The notes: generated from the sequence alone by a model not told the origin. A stretch of DNA of 64,000 bases from Candidatus Uhrbacteria bacterium (GCA_016206155.1 JACQSC010000004.1:147591-211590); one strand, 5' to 3'; counted from the stretch's first letter, positions 44,009 through 54,451 are shown. Made by a program: numbers and translations.

Positions 44009-46286
44009 CACGCATTGGTTTTTCATTGGTCTCTGCGCCGTCTGGCTTATTGGCGGCGGGCTCTTTGTTTTTGCGCAACAACCATTTACGAACTGGGAGA
44101 AGAGGATCAACCCTTCCGAGTTCCATTGTCACAACACCGCGTGCGAAACAGGAGAGATCGCAATTCCACTTGATGCGCAAACACTTGGTCTCAGCGTTCA
44201 GCATGGGGATGTGCTCGAGGTGCGCTTGCGCGATGAAGGGGGGTGGACGGGATGGATGCGCGTTGAAGGAGAGACAGATGCGCCTGATTTTGAAAAAGAC
44301 TCTCGTCCCTATGCGCTCTATGTGTCGCGCGGCATCAGGGCATTACGCATACGAGCTCCTCTGGGGGGGCAACACGATATTGATGTTGTGGCTCTCTCCT
44401 CACCGACAGGGACCGCGAAGGATGGGCGTGTTACTATTGCCGCCGTGACAGAAGGACCGCAATCAGAAGAAGACGGGATCATTTCTCGAGAGTCGTGGCT
44501 TTCTGGCGGTGGGGCGTTTTCTGAGAACGAACAACAAATATTGTGGAGCCCTCACTACGCGCAGCCAAAAAAAATAGTCATTCACCATACAGCCACAATC
44601 GTGCGGGACATGAACGGAGACGGAATTATTGATCGCAGCGATTACAGAGATGCTATTCGCGCCATCTATTCTTTCCATGCGCGATCGCGGCGGTGGGGTG
44701 ATATTGGGTATAATTATATCATCGCCCCCGACGGTTCGGTGTGGGAGGGGCGTGGCGGTGGCGACGGTATTGTGGCGGGGCATACGGTTCGGAGCGCCTC
44801 GTGCACAAAATTCACCAAAGCCGGAGTAGGGTTCAACGACGGCTCTATCGGTATTGCGGTGCTTGGCACCTATACCAGCGATGGCATTTCGTTCGCCGCC
44901 GTGAACGCTCTTACAGATCTCATTGCGGAGAAATCATGGGAATTCGGCATTCATCCTTCCGGATCGGGATTCTTCAAGGATGCAGTTTATCCAAATGTGC
45001 TTGGGCACCGTGATCTTGACTGCACATCCTGTCCCGGAGAGAGCATGCACTGGGTGCTGTCTGACATCGTGCGTATGGCGCAGAAGGCATACGAGAAGCT
45101 CGTCGAATCAAAGCCGCGTCAATACAAAGCTGAGCTAGTTGATATTGCTCCACGGCGCGTACTATTCCACGCAGGCGAGAAAGAAAAGGAGGTTATCGTA
45201 CGATTTAAAAACACCGGAATCATTTCATGGAGAAACTATGGAGATGAAAGCTTGCGCATTGCGCGTGCAGATATTGCCAAGAAGCTATCCGCACTTGATA
45301 CGGTGCGCATGGCAACTGTTGAGGATCAAAAAGATGAAGAGGTAAACACGGCGAACAAAAAGGAAGAGCCGGCATCATCATATGTTGTCGCAACGCTTCT
45401 CGCGCCAAATGTTGCTCCTGGCCAGACAGGGGCGTTTCGATTACGCTTTACGGTCCCGAATCAATTTATCGGCGCAGAAAAATTCGTTCTCGCCGTTGGC
45501 GAGCGAGGATGGCTTTCTGGTACAGAATATACCATTGAGACCGTCAACGGCAACCGCCCGCTTGCCGCGTTGCTTGAAAATAAAGACGCGCGCGCATTCT
45601 CCGACGATTGGGACGATTTGGTTTCGTTTGAGTTTAGAAACATGGGGACCGAGAGTTGGAAACGCGGCGAGGTTGTGCTTTCTATTCGTGACGCCGAGCT
45701 GTTCAGAACTACAAAATGGAAAAATGACGACGGCCAGTTTGTATTTGAGGAGAAAACCGTAGGACCAGGCGAGATGGCGCATTTCAACGTCCCAGCTCGT
45801 TTCGAAAAGCCTGGGCGCAGTGAGTTCAAACCGGCACTTCTTAAGCTTAAGAAAAAAGAGGTGATTGAGGGGAGCGACCTCTCTACCGTTCTTGCGACAA
45901 TTAACCCGGCGCGCATTGTTGAGGTAGATACAACCCGCATTCCGCCGGCGGTGTTGGCGGCGTGGAGGCCGGTATTCTCTGTGCGAATTAAGAACAATGG
46001 AGAAAAACAGTTAAAAAATGTCACACTTGTCGCTGCCGATAATGAAAAGAAAAGCGCTTGGTATCATCGTTCATGGAATGGTAAAACAATCATTGAGAGC
46101 GTTAAAGAGATAAAACCCGGTGAGAGTGCGACAATGCTCTTCCGCGTGACGCCACCGCAGAAAGCGGGAAGTCACGAGCTGAAGCTTTCCTTGCGCGCAG
46201 ACGGGAAGCAAGTATATAGCGGGAGTATTGACAGCTATTCGCCCCTCGTCGCCAGGGTGGTTCGCGTTGACGAGCAAAAGAAGTAA
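43998..46286 (+). CDS. Large secreted protein with an N-acetylmuramoyl-L-alanine amidase (Amidase_2/PGRP) domain.
   Basis: VIHHTAT...GDIGYNYIIAPDGSVWEGRGG...GHRDLDCTSCPG zinc-amidase signature. N-terminal TM/signal segment. Confidence 0.75.
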   Translation: MNRSTHWFFIGLCAVWLIGGGLFVFAQQPFTNWEKRINPSEFHCHNTACETGEIAIPLDAQTLGLSVQHGDVLEVRLRDEGGWTGWMRVEGETDAPDFEKDSRPYALYVSRGIRALRIRAPLGGQHDIDVVALSSPTGTAKDGRVTIAAVTEGPQSEEDGIISRESWLSGGGAFSENEQQILWSPHYAQPKKIVIHHTATIVRDMNGDGIIDRSDYRDAIRAIYSFHARSRRWGDIGYNYIIAPDGSVWEGRGGGDGIVAGHTVRSASCTKFTKAGVGFNDGSIGIAVLGTYTSDGISFAAVNALTDLIAEKSWEFGIHPSGSGFFKDAVYPNVLGHRDLDCTSCPGESMHWVLSDIVRMAQKAYEKLVESKPRQYKAELVDIAPRRVLFHAGEKEKEVIVRFKNTGIISWRNYGDESLRIARADIAKKLSALDTVRMATVEDQKDEEVNTANKKEEPASSYVVATLLAPNVAPGQTGAFRLRFTVPNQFIGAEKFVLAVGERGWLSGTEYTIETVNGNRPLAALLENKDARAFSDDWDDLVSFEFRNMGTESWKRGEVVLSIRDAELFRTTKWKNDDGQFVFEEKTVGPGEMAHFNVPARFEKPGRSEFKPALLKLKKKEVIEGSDLSTVLATINPARIVEVDTTRIPPAVLAAWRPVFSVRIKNNGEKQLKNVTLVAADNEKKSAWYHRSWNGKTIIESVKEIKPGESATMLFRVTPPQKAGSHELKLSLRADGKQVYSGSIDSYSPLVARVVRVDEQKK

Positions 46287-46327
46287 ATAATGGACAGCCA
46301 CCATTTCTCCTTAAACCATTATACGCT

Positions 46328-47974
46328 ATGAAGAATAGGGGATTCACATTGATTGAACTGCTGATCGCGCTTGGAATAGGGGGGATCATTTCCGCCGCTA
46401 TTTTTGCGGCGATTGATCCCGGGCGGCGATTGGCAGAGGCGCGCGACAGTCAGCGATGGGGGCACGTGAAAAACATTCGTGATGCTGTGTATCAATACCA
46501 GATTGGCACACAAGGAGCGGCGCTGGCAGGTGTTGATGCGCAAATGCGTCAAATTGGTACTGCTGGCGCCGGGTGCGCCATTCCATGTTTTTTTGGAGAA
46601 GAGTCTGGTGTGACAAATACATTTATTGATGACACGCAAACAGAGTTTGATGCAGGGGTATATGCAAATACGCAATGGATCGCATCGGCGCTTTCGTTGT
46701 CTTCTCTTCCGATCGGAACCTACACATCGCGCATTTTCAACGCGGGGACAACGACGCCATGGACCACGCTTTCATGGGTACCGCGCGCGCCGTATGGGAA
46801 ACCACTTCCAAACGGCGGACAGTCAGAAACAGGATATGCGTCAGCAAACGCAGGGATGAGTGGGAATGGCGCACTATGGCATCTCGATGAAGGGTCTGGA
46901 CAGATTACGGATAGTTCGGGGAATGGGCGACACTCCACGGTTCAGAGCGGCATTGTATATGGAGCAAGCGGCGTGTATGGATCGGCGCTGACATTCAACG
47001 GATCGGCATACGCGGATTTTCCATCGATATTTCCGTATTCACCGCACGCCGCCGATATTACCGAATTAACCGCGGAGCTTTGGATGCGCTCTTCGGTGAA
47101 TCCGGCAAGCGCCGGCGTGATGGCATGGCAGGGATGGGGCGGAACGTATGTTCTGCAAGTAAACGCGCAGGGTCAGATAAGCTTTGTCGTCAAACAGACA
47201 AAGAATAGCTGTACCCATTATGACGGGGCGTGGATCGGCGCGAATTCAAGTCCCGACGCATACACCAATGGGCAGTGGCATCACGTTGCGGGGCGTTATC
47301 ATCGCGCGGAAAACACCATTCAGCTTTATGTTGACGGTATGTTAAAGAACACAGCGACGCTCAACGCGAATGAGTGTCTCTCCGATCCGACCACAACCCA
47401 TCCTCCAATCCTCGGCGCCGCGTCACAGTATCCGAACAACCGCGTAAATTTTTATACAGGCAATCTTGATGAGGTCGCGCTGTATGGCCGCGCGCTGTCA
47501 GCAGACGAAATACGAGAGCGGTATGAGCGTGGAGCAAGCAATATACGCGTGCAAGTTCGTTCGTGCGAAAATTTCCAATGCAATGGCAGTAATTTTGTCG
47601 GACCCAATGGTACAGCAAATGATTATTATGACGAGACAATGAATGCGGCACTGGCGCCGCCTTCCCTTCCTGTCACCAACATTCCCGCGGGCCGCTACGC
47701 GCAATACAGGATGACATTTTCCGCGAGTGGAGGGGTGCCACTGCCGTCAGTGGTCAGCGCCACAGTTTCAAACGCCGCATCTGGAAGTGCGTTATTGCCG
47801 GATGCATGCGTTGATATCACGCCGGCGCTTGCGCGGTATCTTCCTGTTATGCCCCGCGATATGAGTATCGGCACGCCAGAGCGGAGCGGATATGCAATAG
47901 GAACGACAGCCGGCGGCGCGTTTATCGTTCGGGCATGCAATCCCGAGCGCGAAGAAATCATTGAAGCGCGATAA
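46328..47974 (+). CDS. Type IV pilin-like protein with a C-terminal LamG/concanavalin-like domain.
   Basis: Prepilin leader and N-methylation motif MKNRGFTLIELLIALGI. A Laminin_G_3-like region follows. Confidence 0.7.
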   Translation: MKNRGFTLIELLIALGIGGIISAAIFAAIDPGRRLAEARDSQRWGHVKNIRDAVYQYQIGTQGAALAGVDAQMRQIGTAGAGCAIPCFFGEESGVTNTFIDDTQTEFDAGVYANTQWIASALSLSSLPIGTYTSRIFNAGTTTPWTTLSWVPRAPYGKPLPNGGQSETGYASANAGMSGNGALWHLDEGSGQITDSSGNGRHSTVQSGIVYGASGVYGSALTFNGSAYADFPSIFPYSPHAADITELTAELWMRSSVNPASAGVMAWQGWGGTYVLQVNAQGQISFVVKQTKNSCTHYDGAWIGANSSPDAYTNGQWHHVAGRYHRAENTIQLYVDGMLKNTATLNANECLSDPTTTHPPILGAASQYPNNRVNFYTGNLDEVALYGRALSADEIRERYERGASNIRVQVRSCENFQCNGSNFVGPNGTANDYYDETMNAALAPPSLPVTNIPAGRYAQYRMTFSASGGVPLPSVVSATVSNAASGSALLPDACVDITPALARYLPVMPRDMSIGTPERSGYAIGTTAGGAFIVRACNPEREEIIEAR

Positions 47975-48018
47975 GCGGCTTGATTTTCGTTGTTTAATTT
48001 CCTATACTACGTCAACAC

Positions 48019-48110
48019 GGAGGGGTCGCATAGTCAGGTCGAGTGCGCGGCTCTCGAAAAGCCGTAGGGCAGCAATGTCCTCGAGGGTTCGAATCCCTCC
48101 CCCTCCGCCA
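48019..48110 (+). tRNA. tRNA-Ser (anticodon CGA), type II with a long variable arm. CCA is encoded.
   Basis: Acceptor GGAGGGG/CCCCTCC, anticodon loop CTCGAAA, variable arm TAGGGCAGCAATGTCCTC. Confidence 0.8.
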
Positions 48111-48525
48111 AAATTGAAAATCGGAATTGGAAGCCGAAATGGGGTCGCGCCGCAGGCGCGACACAAACGCATTCCCCCCAAAAAATCCTGAATCTGCAAG
48201 GGTTCGCCGCGCTCCGCGTGGTTCAATAAGTACGGTTCGATCCTTAATTTGAAAGTTCGAACCGACTTTTTTGTACAAATGAATAAAGGCAAATAAAGGG
48301 GCAAATAAAGGGGTCAGGTACCTTTTTGGCATAATGTGATAATTGTGCTATCCAGATTATTTCTGGTTTTGAAGGGTGTGTGAATTGTTTTCTACGGAGC
48401 AACTCACCACCCCTTTGATTTTATGGTATACTGTCAGAGACGTCATAGGGATTTGGGTTAAAGTTTCCATCCCTATTTTAATCCAAAAACCTCATTTTGA
48501 GGAGTTTCGCAATTCAAAAGCATAT

Positions 48526-48837
48526 ATGAAGTTATTCCTAAAAATTATTGTGATAATCGCAGTCCTCTTTTTTGCGTTGGTGGTTATATCAAATCTTTTT
48601 CGTTTTTTTCTTGCTATGGATTATCGTACGTCGGATACAAGTGTTCAGTGGAAAGTTCGGTCAATAATGTGCTCATTTTCTGGAAGAGGATTTGGCATAA
48701 CGAATAATTGTTCGGATAGTTGCGAAGCCCGAAGAAATGAGAGTGTGGCCTGTGCAACCAATGTGTATCTGGATTGCAGATGCTACGAGGGACAGTGCTG
48801 GAACGGAAAAAAATGCGAGCCAACCATAAAGAGATAA
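48526..48837 (+). CDS. Small cysteine-rich secreted or membrane-anchored protein (about 103 aa, 8 Cys), hypothetical.
   Basis: N-terminal hydrophobic helix MKLFLKIIVIIAVLFFALVVI, then a C-terminal Cys cluster CSDSCEARRNESVACATNVYLDCRCYEGQCWNGKKCE. AT-rich gene. Confidence 0.45.
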   Translation: MKLFLKIIVIIAVLFFALVVISNLFRFFLAMDYRTSDTSVQWKVRSIMCSFSGRGFGITNNCSDSCEARRNESVACATNVYLDCRCYEGQCWNGKKCEPTIKR

Positions 48838-48852
48838 AACATCAAAAGCGTG

Positions 48853-48929
48853 GGAGAAACTAGGGACAGTCACCGTTTTTGAACTGGCATGAGTCATTGT
48901 TATACTTTGCAGAAACGGTGGCTGTCCCC
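48853..48929. promoter_or_regulatory. 16-bp inverted repeats GGGACAGTCACCGTTT...AAACGGTGGCTGTCCC, 45 bp apart, bracketing a TTATACT -10-like element upstream of tag.
   Basis: 15/16 complementary bases. Confidence 0.3.
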
Positions 48930-48956
48930 GTTTCCCGTTCAAGGGAGAGAATTAAT

Positions 48957-49538
48957 GTGACAAAGAGAACAAAAACGCGATGCGCCTGGTCAGGTGAAAA
49001 CCCTCTTATGATTGCCTACCATGACAGAGAGTGGGGCGTTCCGGTGCACGATGATCGTGCGCTTTTTGAGCTTCTTACTTTGGAAGGCGCTCAGGCCGGA
49101 CTTACCTGGCAAACAGTGCTTAACAGAAGAGAGGGCTACGGAAAAGCATTTAACGATTTTGATGCAAGAAAAATTGCTCGCTATGGAGAGAAAGAGATCC
49201 TGCGGCTTTTATCTGACGTTGGTATTATCCGCAATCGTTCTAAAATTGTCGCGACAATAAAAAATGCCAAAATGTTTTTGGAAGTGCAAAAGGAATTCGG
49301 TTCTTTCGACAGCTACGTCTGGCAGTTTGTAAGAGGAAAACCTATTATCAATAGAATCGTGTCGATGAAAGATATCCCACAATCCACAACGGAGTCAGCC
49401 ACCATGAGTAAGGATCTATTGAAGCGAGGGTTTGCATTCGTTGGTCCCACCATCTGTTATGCGTTCATGCAAGCAGTCGGTATGGTGAACGATCATGAGG
49501 TTGACTGTTTCAGATATAAAGCGCCAAACTCGAAGTAA
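48957..49538 (+). CDS. tag: DNA-3-methyladenine glycosylase I.
   Basis: RCAWSGENPLMIAYHDREWGVP and the rest of the Tag family pattern. GTG start with GGGAGAG 8 nt upstream. Confidence 0.8.
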   Translation: MTKRTKTRCAWSGENPLMIAYHDREWGVPVHDDRALFELLTLEGAQAGLTWQTVLNRREGYGKAFNDFDARKIARYGEKEILRLLSDVGIIRNRSKIVATIKNAKMFLEVQKEFGSFDSYVWQFVRGKPIINRIVSMKDIPQSTTESATMSKDLLKRGFAFVGPTICYAFMQAVGMVNDHEVDCFRYKAPNSK

Positions 49539-49563
49539 TATCTTATTTTAACGTAAAGCACAT

Positions 49564-50031
49564 ATGCAACCAGCGATGGATTTTTTAAAAAACCAACAAC
49601 TCATGGCGATTGCATGTGTGGACGAGCATGGCCCATGGATTGCGAACGTGTATTATGGCGCCGGGGATGATGGGCGCACGTATTTCATCAGCCAAGAAAA
49701 GAATCGGCATAGCGCGGCAATTCTTAATGACCCCAACGTTGCATTTACCGTTGCATGGTTTGATCCGAAAAATCACACAAACCGAAAAGCAGTACAGGGG
49801 CTCGGCATGTGTCGCCTTGCAAAAAATCTAGCCGAAATAGCAGTTGGCATTAAACTGCTGTATAATAAATTTCCCGATCTTCGCGCCATCCTTACGGTTA
49901 AGTGGATAAAGACGAATGCATGGGGGTCAAAAGTATGGGTCCTCACGCCGACGTATTTGAAATACTGGGATGATGAGCTGTATGGCGAAGATGAGAGCAA
50001 AGAATTTTTTATAAAGCAAACCGCGAGATGA
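49564..50031 (+). CDS. Pyridoxamine 5'-phosphate oxidase-like FMN-binding split-barrel protein.
   Basis: 155 aa. The assignment is tentative, based on the general pattern. Confidence 0.45.
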   Translation: MQPAMDFLKNQQLMAIACVDEHGPWIANVYYGAGDDGRTYFISQEKNRHSAAILNDPNVAFTVAWFDPKNHTNRKAVQGLGMCRLAKNLAEIAVGIKLLYNKFPDLRAILTVKWIKTNAWGSKVWVLTPTYLKYWDDELYGEDESKEFFIKQTAR

Positions 50032-51734
50032 TGACTCAAGAAGAAGCCCTTGCGATATTGAAGAGCGGGGAGTCGGTGTTTCTCACCGGGGAGCCGGGAA
50101 GCGGCAAGTCGCATACTGTCAATCAGTATGTTCGTTGGTTGCGCGACAGGGGTGTTAGCGTTGTCGTAACTGCGTCAACCGGTATTGCGGCAACGCATAT
50201 CGGCGGGCGCACTGTCCATTCGTGGAGCGGAATTGGCGTGAAGGGCACGCTGACCTCATCAGATATTCGCGCTATTGAAAAAAATGCGCGCACGGCAAAG
50301 AATATAAAAAAACCCCGCGCACTTATCATTGATGAGCTGTCAATGCTTTCCGCAGATACTCTGACTGCGGTTGAAACCGTGTGTAGAAAGGTGCGCGGTA
50401 ATGAAGAACCGTTCGGCGGGCTCCAAGTTGTACTGGTTGGTGATTTTTTTCAATTGCCGCCGGTGGTTCGCTTTGATCCGGCCCACCATCATCAGCAGAC
50501 ACTGTTGTCAACAGAACAAAACCGTTCACCATTCGCGTTTTCATCGCCCGCGTGGAGCGCGCTTAATCCAACCGTGTGTTATTTGTCCGAACAGCATCGG
50601 CAGGAGGATCCGGTATTTCTTGACCTCCTCACGGCTTTGCGCAACGGCGTGTTTACTGACGCGCATCGTGCGCTTCTGCGCAGCCGTCCCACGACCGCTC
50701 CGCACGCAGGCATCACGCAATTGTTTACGCACAACATTGACGTTGACCGGATAAATAACGTGGAACTGACCAAACTTTCAGGAGAGGTGCGGGAATTTGC
50801 CATGACGAGTGTTGGACCATCGTCGCTTGTTGTCCAGCTTCGGCGCGGGTGCCTGTCCCCTGAAAATCTCCAATTGAAAAACGGCGCGGTTGTGATGTTT
50901 ACGAAAAATGATCCGACGCTGAAATTCGTGAACGGAACGACCGGCAGGATTATAGGATTTTCAAAAGAAACCGGTGCGCCGCTTGTGCAAACGCGCGCCG
51001 GACGTGTTGTGTCCGCAGAGCCGGCTGACTGGAGTATTGATGATGGCACAAGCGTTCTTGCGCGCATTACGCAAGTTCCTTTGCGTCTCGCGTGGGCGCT
51101 GACCGTGCACAAGAGCCAAGGTATGTCTTTGGATGCGGCACATATGGACCTCTCACGTGTTTTTGAATATGGGCAAGGATACGTTGCGCTCTCACGCGTG
51201 CGCACATTGGCGGGATTGACGCTTGTTGGCATCAACGAGCGCGCGCTTCATATTCATCCGGAAGTACGCGCGCAGGACGCCGCGTTCCGCACGCATTCTA
51301 CAAAGGCGCAAGAACGCATCGCTATGCTTTCTGACTCAATCCGCGCACGCAGCGCAATACATGCACACAAGAAAAAGCGAAAGAAGGATACATTATCAGA
51401 AACCAAACTATGCGCGCTTCGCGGGCGTTCTATCGCGCAAATAGCGGCAGAGCGCGCGCTGACCGCGGGCACGATTGTGCACCATCTGGAGCAGCTTGTA
51501 CAAAAGGGCGCGCTTATTCCCTCGCGCGATCTTCCCCATATTGCACCGTCCCCGGATCGTCTCGCGCAAATCCGCCACGCATTCGAGCGCACGCGGCTGC
51601 AGGAATCCGTTTCGGAGCAGGAGGGCGGGCGCGATGGCGCGGACCGCATCAAACTTTCACCAGCGCGCGCTCTTCTTGGCGAATCATTTACGTTTGACGA
51701 GCTCCGCCTCGCGCGATTATTCCTCTATCCATAG
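50028..51734 (+). CDS. PIF1/RecD-like ATP-dependent DNA helicase.
   Basis: Walker A GEPGSGKSH, DEAD-like IIDELSM, and the conserved C-terminal helicase blocks. Confidence 0.75.
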   Translation: MMTQEEALAILKSGESVFLTGEPGSGKSHTVNQYVRWLRDRGVSVVVTASTGIAATHIGGRTVHSWSGIGVKGTLTSSDIRAIEKNARTAKNIKKPRALIIDELSMLSADTLTAVETVCRKVRGNEEPFGGLQVVLVGDFFQLPPVVRFDPAHHHQQTLLSTEQNRSPFAFSSPAWSALNPTVCYLSEQHRQEDPVFLDLLTALRNGVFTDAHRALLRSRPTTAPHAGITQLFTHNIDVDRINNVELTKLSGEVREFAMTSVGPSSLVVQLRRGCLSPENLQLKNGAVVMFTKNDPTLKFVNGTTGRIIGFSKETGAPLVQTRAGRVVSAEPADWSIDDGTSVLARITQVPLRLAWALTVHKSQGMSLDAAHMDLSRVFEYGQGYVALSRVRTLAGLTLVGINERALHIHPEVRAQDAAFRTHSTKAQERIAMLSDSIRARSAIHAHKKKRKKDTLSETKLCALRGRSIAQIAAERALTAGTIVHHLEQLVQKGALIPSRDLPHIAPSPDRLAQIRHAFERTRLQESVSEQEGGRDGADRIKLSPARALLGESFTFDELRLARLFLYP

Positions 51735-51789
51735 CGCGGTTTGACACGCGCGGATTCGACCAGTACTCTAACAAACAAGAAGGAATGAG

Positions 51790-51818
51790 CTAAACTCTAA
51801 ACTCTAAACTCTAAATCC
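51790..51818 (+). repeat. Heptamer tandem CTAAACT x3 (then CTAAATCC), immediately 5' of the SPFH gene ATG.
   Basis: TAAACTCTAAACTCTAAACTCTAAATCCT then ATG. Confidence 0.6.
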
Positions 51819-51819
51819 T

Positions 51820-52632
51820 ATGGCATTAAACTACGAAACAATGGAGCAGATTAAAAAGATTAAAAAGAATATCGTCGGAATTGCAACAATAGTGGTCGTT
51901 GCCGTTATCATGCTGGGCGCCGTTGGCACCATTGGCGCCGGAGAACGAGGCATTCTTTTGCAGTTCGGCGCGGTGCAGGGCAAAGTTTTTGAAGAGGGGC
52001 TGTATTTTAAAATTCCGTTTGTACAGGAGGTGGTGAAGATGGATGTGAAAATTCAAAAAGACGAAGTGCCGGCAAGTGCCAGTTCAAAAGACTTGCAAAT
52101 TATTACTTCGAAGGTTGCGATTAATTATCACCTTGAGCCCGATAAAGTGAACAGTATTTGGCAGGAAGTCGGGCGAGAATATAATACACGCATTATCGCG
52201 CCGTCAATCCAAGAAGCGGTTAAGGCGGTGACCGCGCGGTTTACCGCCGAGGAGTTGATTATCAAACGCGAAGAAGTCAAAGATCAGATTAAGACTAATC
52301 TCGCCGAACGTCTGATTAAGAATAACATTATCGTGGATGAAATTAACATCACAGCGTTTGACTTTTCTCAAGCGTTTAACGAGGCGATTGAGGCAAAGGT
52401 AACAGCCGAGCAACTCAAGCTCAAGGCCGAACGCGACCTTGATAGAATAAAGATAGAGGCGGATCAAAAAATAGCGGAGGCGCAAGGCAAAGCAAAGGCG
52501 ATTCAAATAGAGGCCGAGGCGCTTCGCTCAAACCCCCAAGTGGTTGAACTGCGCTGGATCGAAAAGTGGGACGGTAAAACCCCAACCTATTGGGGACAGG
52601 CAAGCCCATTCGTTGGGATTGACAAGAAGTAG
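51820..52632 (+). CDS. SPFH/band-7 (prohibitin/HflC-like) membrane protein.
   Basis: N-terminal TM segment, then an SPFH core followed by a coiled-coil tail. Confidence 0.75.
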   Translation: MALNYETMEQIKKIKKNIVGIATIVVVAVIMLGAVGTIGAGERGILLQFGAVQGKVFEEGLYFKIPFVQEVVKMDVKIQKDEVPASASSKDLQIITSKVAINYHLEPDKVNSIWQEVGREYNTRIIAPSIQEAVKAVTARFTAEELIIKREEVKDQIKTNLAERLIKNNIIVDEINITAFDFSQAFNEAIEAKVTAEQLKLKAERDLDRIKIEADQKIAEAQGKAKAIQIEAEALRSNPQVVELRWIEKWDGKTPTYWGQASPFVGIDKK

Positions 52633-52683
52633 GGTAAAGCAGGGGAAGCGCGTGGAGCGTTTTAGGAATATGCAAAATAGAGC

Positions 52684-53274
52684 ATGAACATCTGTATTTT
52701 TGGCGACAGCATTACGTGGGGCGCGAACGATTTTGAATACGGCGGATGGGCGGCTCGTTTTAGGAATTATTTGTACGAAAAAGATAAGAGCGATGTCTAT
52801 AATCTTGGAATAAGCGGAGAAATAACAACAGACACCATCAAGCGCATTGACTGCGAAGCCGAGGCGCGCGAGGCGGATGTTATTATCTTTGTCCTTGGCA
52901 TCAATGATTCGGCATATCTTAAATCAAAAGGCGAGCGCTGGACGCCGCTTGAAGCATTCAAACAAAACCTCGTATTGTTATATGAAAAGGCGAGATCGCT
53001 TACCGAGAAGATATTTTTTGTCGGTTTGGCGCCAATTGATGAGACACTATTACAGCCCGCGCCGTGGGCACCTGACTATTTCGTTGACGTAAAACTGCGA
53101 ATGAGTACAATGGAACCATTAGAACATTTTGCGAGGAGAAAAACATTCCATATATTTCACTGGATGGAGTATTGACTCTGGACGATTTACCCGACGGCCT
53201 TCATCCCAACGCCGAAGGCCATAGAAAAATGTTTGAAAAAATTAAAAGCGAGATTGAAAAAACGGGACTATGAA
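52684..53274 (+). pseudogene. SGNH/GDSL hydrolase with a +/-1 frameshift at an A5 run (53139-53143). The downstream frame restores block V DGLHPNAEGH.
   Basis: Block I IFGDSIT in frame 1. After the A-run the alternate frame reads ...IPYISLDGVLTLDDLPDGLHPNAEGHRKMFEKI. Confidence 0.6.
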
Positions 53275-53707
53275 AATATACGTTCTTGGGAGCAATCATT
53301 TTATGAAGGAAATGGTCGATGTGTGCCACCATCTGCAGGCACTGGGGCTTGATGGCAGGATTCATCCTGACTATGAGGCAATGGTTGCCGGGGCGATGCC
53401 CGAGAAACTTTCGCGCATACAGAACGGAGAGCGCGTTGCAGTTAAGCGTGAACATAATACACTGCGCGATCACTATGCGCGGATTCTTGAGAGCGACGCG
53501 GTGCTTTTCATAAACGGCGTAAAGAACGGCGCTGAAAACTACATCGGCGGCAACGTACTTATAGAAATGGGACAGGCATACGTGAACAATAAGGCGATTT
53601 TTTTTCTCTACGGTATGCCATTGGGCCTCTCATACCAGGATGAGATCGATGCCATGGATCCGATTTGTTTGTTCGGTAACCTGGAGAGTATAAAAAATCA
53701 TTTGTGA
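53270..53707 (+). CDS. Hypothetical protein of 145 aa.
   Basis: ORF only. Confidence 0.4.
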   Translation: MKIYVLGSNHFMKEMVDVCHHLQALGLDGRIHPDYEAMVAGAMPEKLSRIQNGERVAVKREHNTLRDHYARILESDAVLFINGVKNGAENYIGGNVLIEMGQAYVNNKAIFFLYGMPLGLSYQDEIDAMDPICLFGNLESIKNHL

Positions 53708-53777
53708 AGACGAGCGTATTGCCACGTTTGCGAAATATGATATAATAAGAAACATATTATTTTTTATCATAGACGTT

Positions 53778-54449
53778 ATGAAAACAAAGACGAAGGACAC
53801 AGAGGAGGAGAGCGCCGTTGAGGAAGCGACGCCTGCGCCAACAAAACAATCGCCGACCGTGGTTGTTCGCCTTAATGCGAAGCTCCTTGGTTGGATAGGT
53901 GTCATTTTTGTTATTGTTGGGGGGCTTTTTTTTGCAAAGAGTTTGTTTGTTGTCGCTATCGTAAACGGAACGCCTATTACGCGCCTTGCGATTGTTAAAG
54001 AGTTGGAGAAACGCTCGGGCAAGGCTGCGCTTGAGTCAATAATTACAAAGAAGCTTGTTGATGATGAGCTGCAGAAAAAGAATGTGAGTGTTGGCGAGGA
54101 GGAGGTTACACAGGAAATACAGAAAATAGAGGCGCAGATCGCTCAGCAAGGAGGGACGTTGCAGGCGATTCTTGACGAGCAAGGAATGAGCCTGGCCGAG
54201 CTTTCCGAACAGATCGCAAACCAAAAAAAGCTCGAAAAACTTTTTTCGTCCGCGGCTACGGTAAACGATGCGGATGTCGCGGAATACATTAAGAATACAA
54301 AGACAACCATTTCTGATGGCGAGGCGGGGGCGGCACAAACCGCGCAAATAAAAGAACAGCTTCGCCAGCAAAAACTCTCAAGCGAAATTGATCAATGGAT
54401 TGCAGGTCTTAAAAAGGCGGCCTCTATCAAATATCTCAAAACGTACTAA
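53778..54449 (+). CDS. SurA N-terminal domain-like periplasmic chaperone, membrane-anchored.
   Basis: N-terminal TM segment followed by a SurA_N-like helical region. Confidence 0.55.
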   Translation: MKTKTKDTEEESAVEEATPAPTKQSPTVVVRLNAKLLGWIGVIFVIVGGLFFAKSLFVVAIVNGTPITRLAIVKELEKRSGKAALESIITKKLVDDELQKKNVSVGEEEVTQEIQKIEAQIAQQGGTLQAILDEQGMSLAELSEQIANQKKLEKLFSSAATVNDADVAEYIKNTKTTISDGEAGAAQTAQIKEQLRQQKLSSEIDQWIAGLKKAASIKYLKTY

Positions 54450-54451
54450 TA

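Noticed and set aside
48121-48170. An additional copy of the 50-nt palindromic repeat (GAAATGGGGTCGCGCCGCAGGCGCGAC)
   Set aside because: It shares only the AAATGGGGTC prefix. The rest is a different GC hairpin, so it was not counted as a family member.
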